Shown piece after piece: positions 49,866 through 52,297 of a DNA stretch of 52,297 nucleotides (its first letter is position 1; each line of letters starts with the position of its first letter). The position numbers and the translations under genes were made by a program. Location: positions 48,393,606 through 48,445,902 of the forward strand of contig NC_068984.1 in the NCBI RefSeq assembly GCF_001194135.2, given 5' to 3'. Source of the DNA: Octopus bimaculoides (lineage: Eukaryota). The notes beneath the pieces were generated by a model. It did not search any database and had not been told where the DNA came from. It saw only the letters and a program-made list of their open reading frames with translations.

Positions 49866-50083
49866 TTGTTCGAAGCCCTTTGTACAACCCATTCAACGAG
49901 ACGACTGTTGATCAAAAGTGTTCAAGTATTGGCTAGCACATCTTCGCTAGTCTTGAGTATATTATCTCTGTTTTATGATACTGGGATGGAATTGGAGGGA
50001 ATTTTGGATGATATTACTCGCATGCTAAACGACTATGTACATGACCTATATTTTCCTCTTTGCGTGCACGATTTTGAGAGCAG
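49866..50083 (+). CDS. Candidate internal coding exon, unknown protein
   Basis: Acceptor CTTCTCTCTTGGGAGCAG directly before the open frame and donor CAG|GTAAAT directly at its end; only this frame is open (LFEALCTT...GMELEGILDDITRMLNDYVHDLYFPL). Confidence 0.3.
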
Positions 50084-50892
50084 GTAAATTCCTAATCGAG
50101 ACATTTTGAATTACATAATCGTCATATCACCCAATCGTCATACATGAAGCTTTCGTAAGAAAAAAGGTATGGCATGCTAACTTAATGCTTTTTGTGAAGT
50201 TAGGCTGTTCATATATAGGGCAATAAGTGCCATGACAAAATAGTATGAGATCGGCTAATGAAAACCGTAAACGGGTTTCGATTAAGTCTTCAGATACTTA
50301 GTTCGTATACATAAAACTTTGGAGAAAAAGATGACAGTGATACCTTCACTATGCCAAATACTTTCAATCTTGTTTAGATAACTAAATTGTAAAAAAAAAA
50401 AAACAAAAAAAAACAGGTTTCTTGTATTTTCTGCGTTTATTGCTACAAGAAACTGTTTATTTTCTGTCTCAGTTAAGCAACATCAGTTGCCAATAGGGCA
50501 GTCACCATGTTTATAAATATTGACATAATATATATAAGAATCTTGCACACGAAATACACATACGAAATATATAAGAATAATTTCTTGAAATATGCTAAAG
50601 AAAATATAATGTTGTCCAAAGTTATTCTATCCATGATTAGAATCTCTATCAATCCTTAATGCCTCAATATCATATCAACAAGTAAATATTTAAATGTGTA
50701 TGTATTGCTTGCAGCAATATCACAATTTCAATAACATATTTGATAATATCAGATGTAATAATATTGAGGATAGCTTCTGAAACGACTGAAATGTTATAAA
50801 ATCAAATAAGCATGCATTGTAGATTCACCACTCACGAAATACATCAGTGCTACCTCTGCAGTTGCACCACCACCACGCCACCACCACCACCA

Positions 50893-52297
50893 CCAGTTCC
50901 AGAGGAGTGCAATGTGATCATTTTCAAGTACTGGGGGTGGTTTGTGTTCCCATCAGTTTTTTTTATCATGGGGCAAGTCCAGGTTTTTGCATATTACCCA
51001 GTGAATATATTGTGCAGCTCTATCATGCCTGTTGAGATACTCTGTAGGCGCAAGCAGACTGCTCATGAAGACAACATGATCGATGGTCTCATTTTGTTGT
51101 TGGCATATACGACATAATGGGGAGCTGCCGTTCTTTAATATGTTGGCCTGGTAGTTCTTTGTAGGTAGGCATTGATCTTCGGCTGCTATGATAAACCCCT
51201 CTGTTTCTGATTTCAAGCCAGAGGCCATTAGCCATTGATGGGTGAGGGCTTTGTCAATATCTGCATTATTCGCTCTCTTTGGGTATTTGCCATTGAGAGA
51301 TTTTCCATGCCATTTTTCAGTCATAATATCTAAGGCAGCAATTTTAGCACGGGTTTTCAAGCGCTTAGCTTTTTCTGCAGGTGTTTCTAGTTCGTCTAAT
51401 TCTTGCATTTGTTGCAATTGGAATTCACTTAGATATTCCTTTGCCTGTTTTGTTACTGAGTAAGATGCTTTCTTGCTTTCATGTTTTGAGACAAGTTTTA
51501 GCATCCAGTCCTCAGAGTTTTTCAGATAGGTGTCTAGGCCAATTGTGGCTACCATCATTGATAATGCCAGCTGTAGAAATCCTCGGCCTCCCTCTTTTCT
51601 TAGCAGATAAAAACGTTCTATATCTGCCTTAGGTTGGTGCATTCTATGCATTGTCAACAGTGTTCGTATTTTTCTGTCAACATTACATATTTCAGTAATT
51701 GACCAGTTAACGATATTGAAACTGTAAGTCACGACTGGTATGGCTAGAGCATTGATCGCTTCGATCATGTTTCTCGCGTTCAGCTCTGTCTTCAATATTG
51801 CTCTCACCCTGCGATAACATTCTCTTCTGATCCTTTCCCTCATCACTGAATGCTTGATATTGTCCCCTTCAATTATCCCTAGGTATTTGTAGCTCTCCGC
51901 TGGTTCTAACTTTTTTATAACATTTTGCTGGTCAAGGTTCACATTAGATGTTTTTGTCATTTTTCCCTTGATAAAGGTAGCTTTTGCACATTTATCAAGG
52001 CCAAATTGCATCCTGATGTCATCACTGAATTGTTTAACAATCGCTAGTAGGCCTTTGAGTTGTTGGTCATTTTTTGCAAAGAGCTTTAAATCATCCATGT
52101 AAATGAGATGATTTATATTTTTATCAAATATTTTATAACCATACTGTGCATCATTGAACAATTTTGAGAGCGGTATTAGGGCTAGACAGAAGAGGAGTGG
52201 TGATAGTGAGTCACCCTTGAAAATGCCACATGAAAGTCTTACATCTCCAGCATTTAGAGATTCATTGTCATTGTTCAACGTCAGTGTGGTTCTCCAT
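50893..52297 (-). mobile_element. R4/Dong-clade non-LTR retrotransposon: RT domains, zinc knuckle, start of RLE; continues beyond the window
   Basis: 441 open codons with GIFKGDSLSPLLF, HLIYMDDLKLF, YKYLG, KADIERFYLLRKEGGRG, CRIC...ETIDH and RHDRAAQYIHW. The same frame continues past a TGA as WEHKPPPVLENDHIALLWN. Confidence 0.93.

Noticed and set aside
50258-50300. CTGAAGA...GAAAC spacing on the minus strand
   Set aside because: No stem II (CUUAAUC) and no stem I; chance.

Overview
AT-rich, repeat-dense eukaryotic DNA with many (AT)n/(CA)n/(GA)n microsatellites and N-gaps. The SINE, RTE, R4/Dong and Penelope repertoire resembles an octopus/coleoid cephalopod genome (inference). No host protein-coding gene is confidently identifiable; most ORF-track entries are microsatellite or gap artefacts. 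Recognisable content: one full-length decayed mariner (59-1341), two Tc1 copies, an internally deleted maT-type element, three R4/Dong LINE fragments (one with 441 open codons), an RTE 3' end, two Penelope-like (PLE) fragments, three tRNA-type SINE families and several exon-like segments. Two signals stand out. (1) A hammerhead ribozyme with a complete catalytic core on the minus strand at 46108-46175, inside a GT-AG intron-like segment upstream of a same-strand PLE body. (2) A ~460-bp fold-back element at 26288-26750 with telomeric CCCTAA/TTAGGG tracts in its arms, abutting the break point of the maT transposase.
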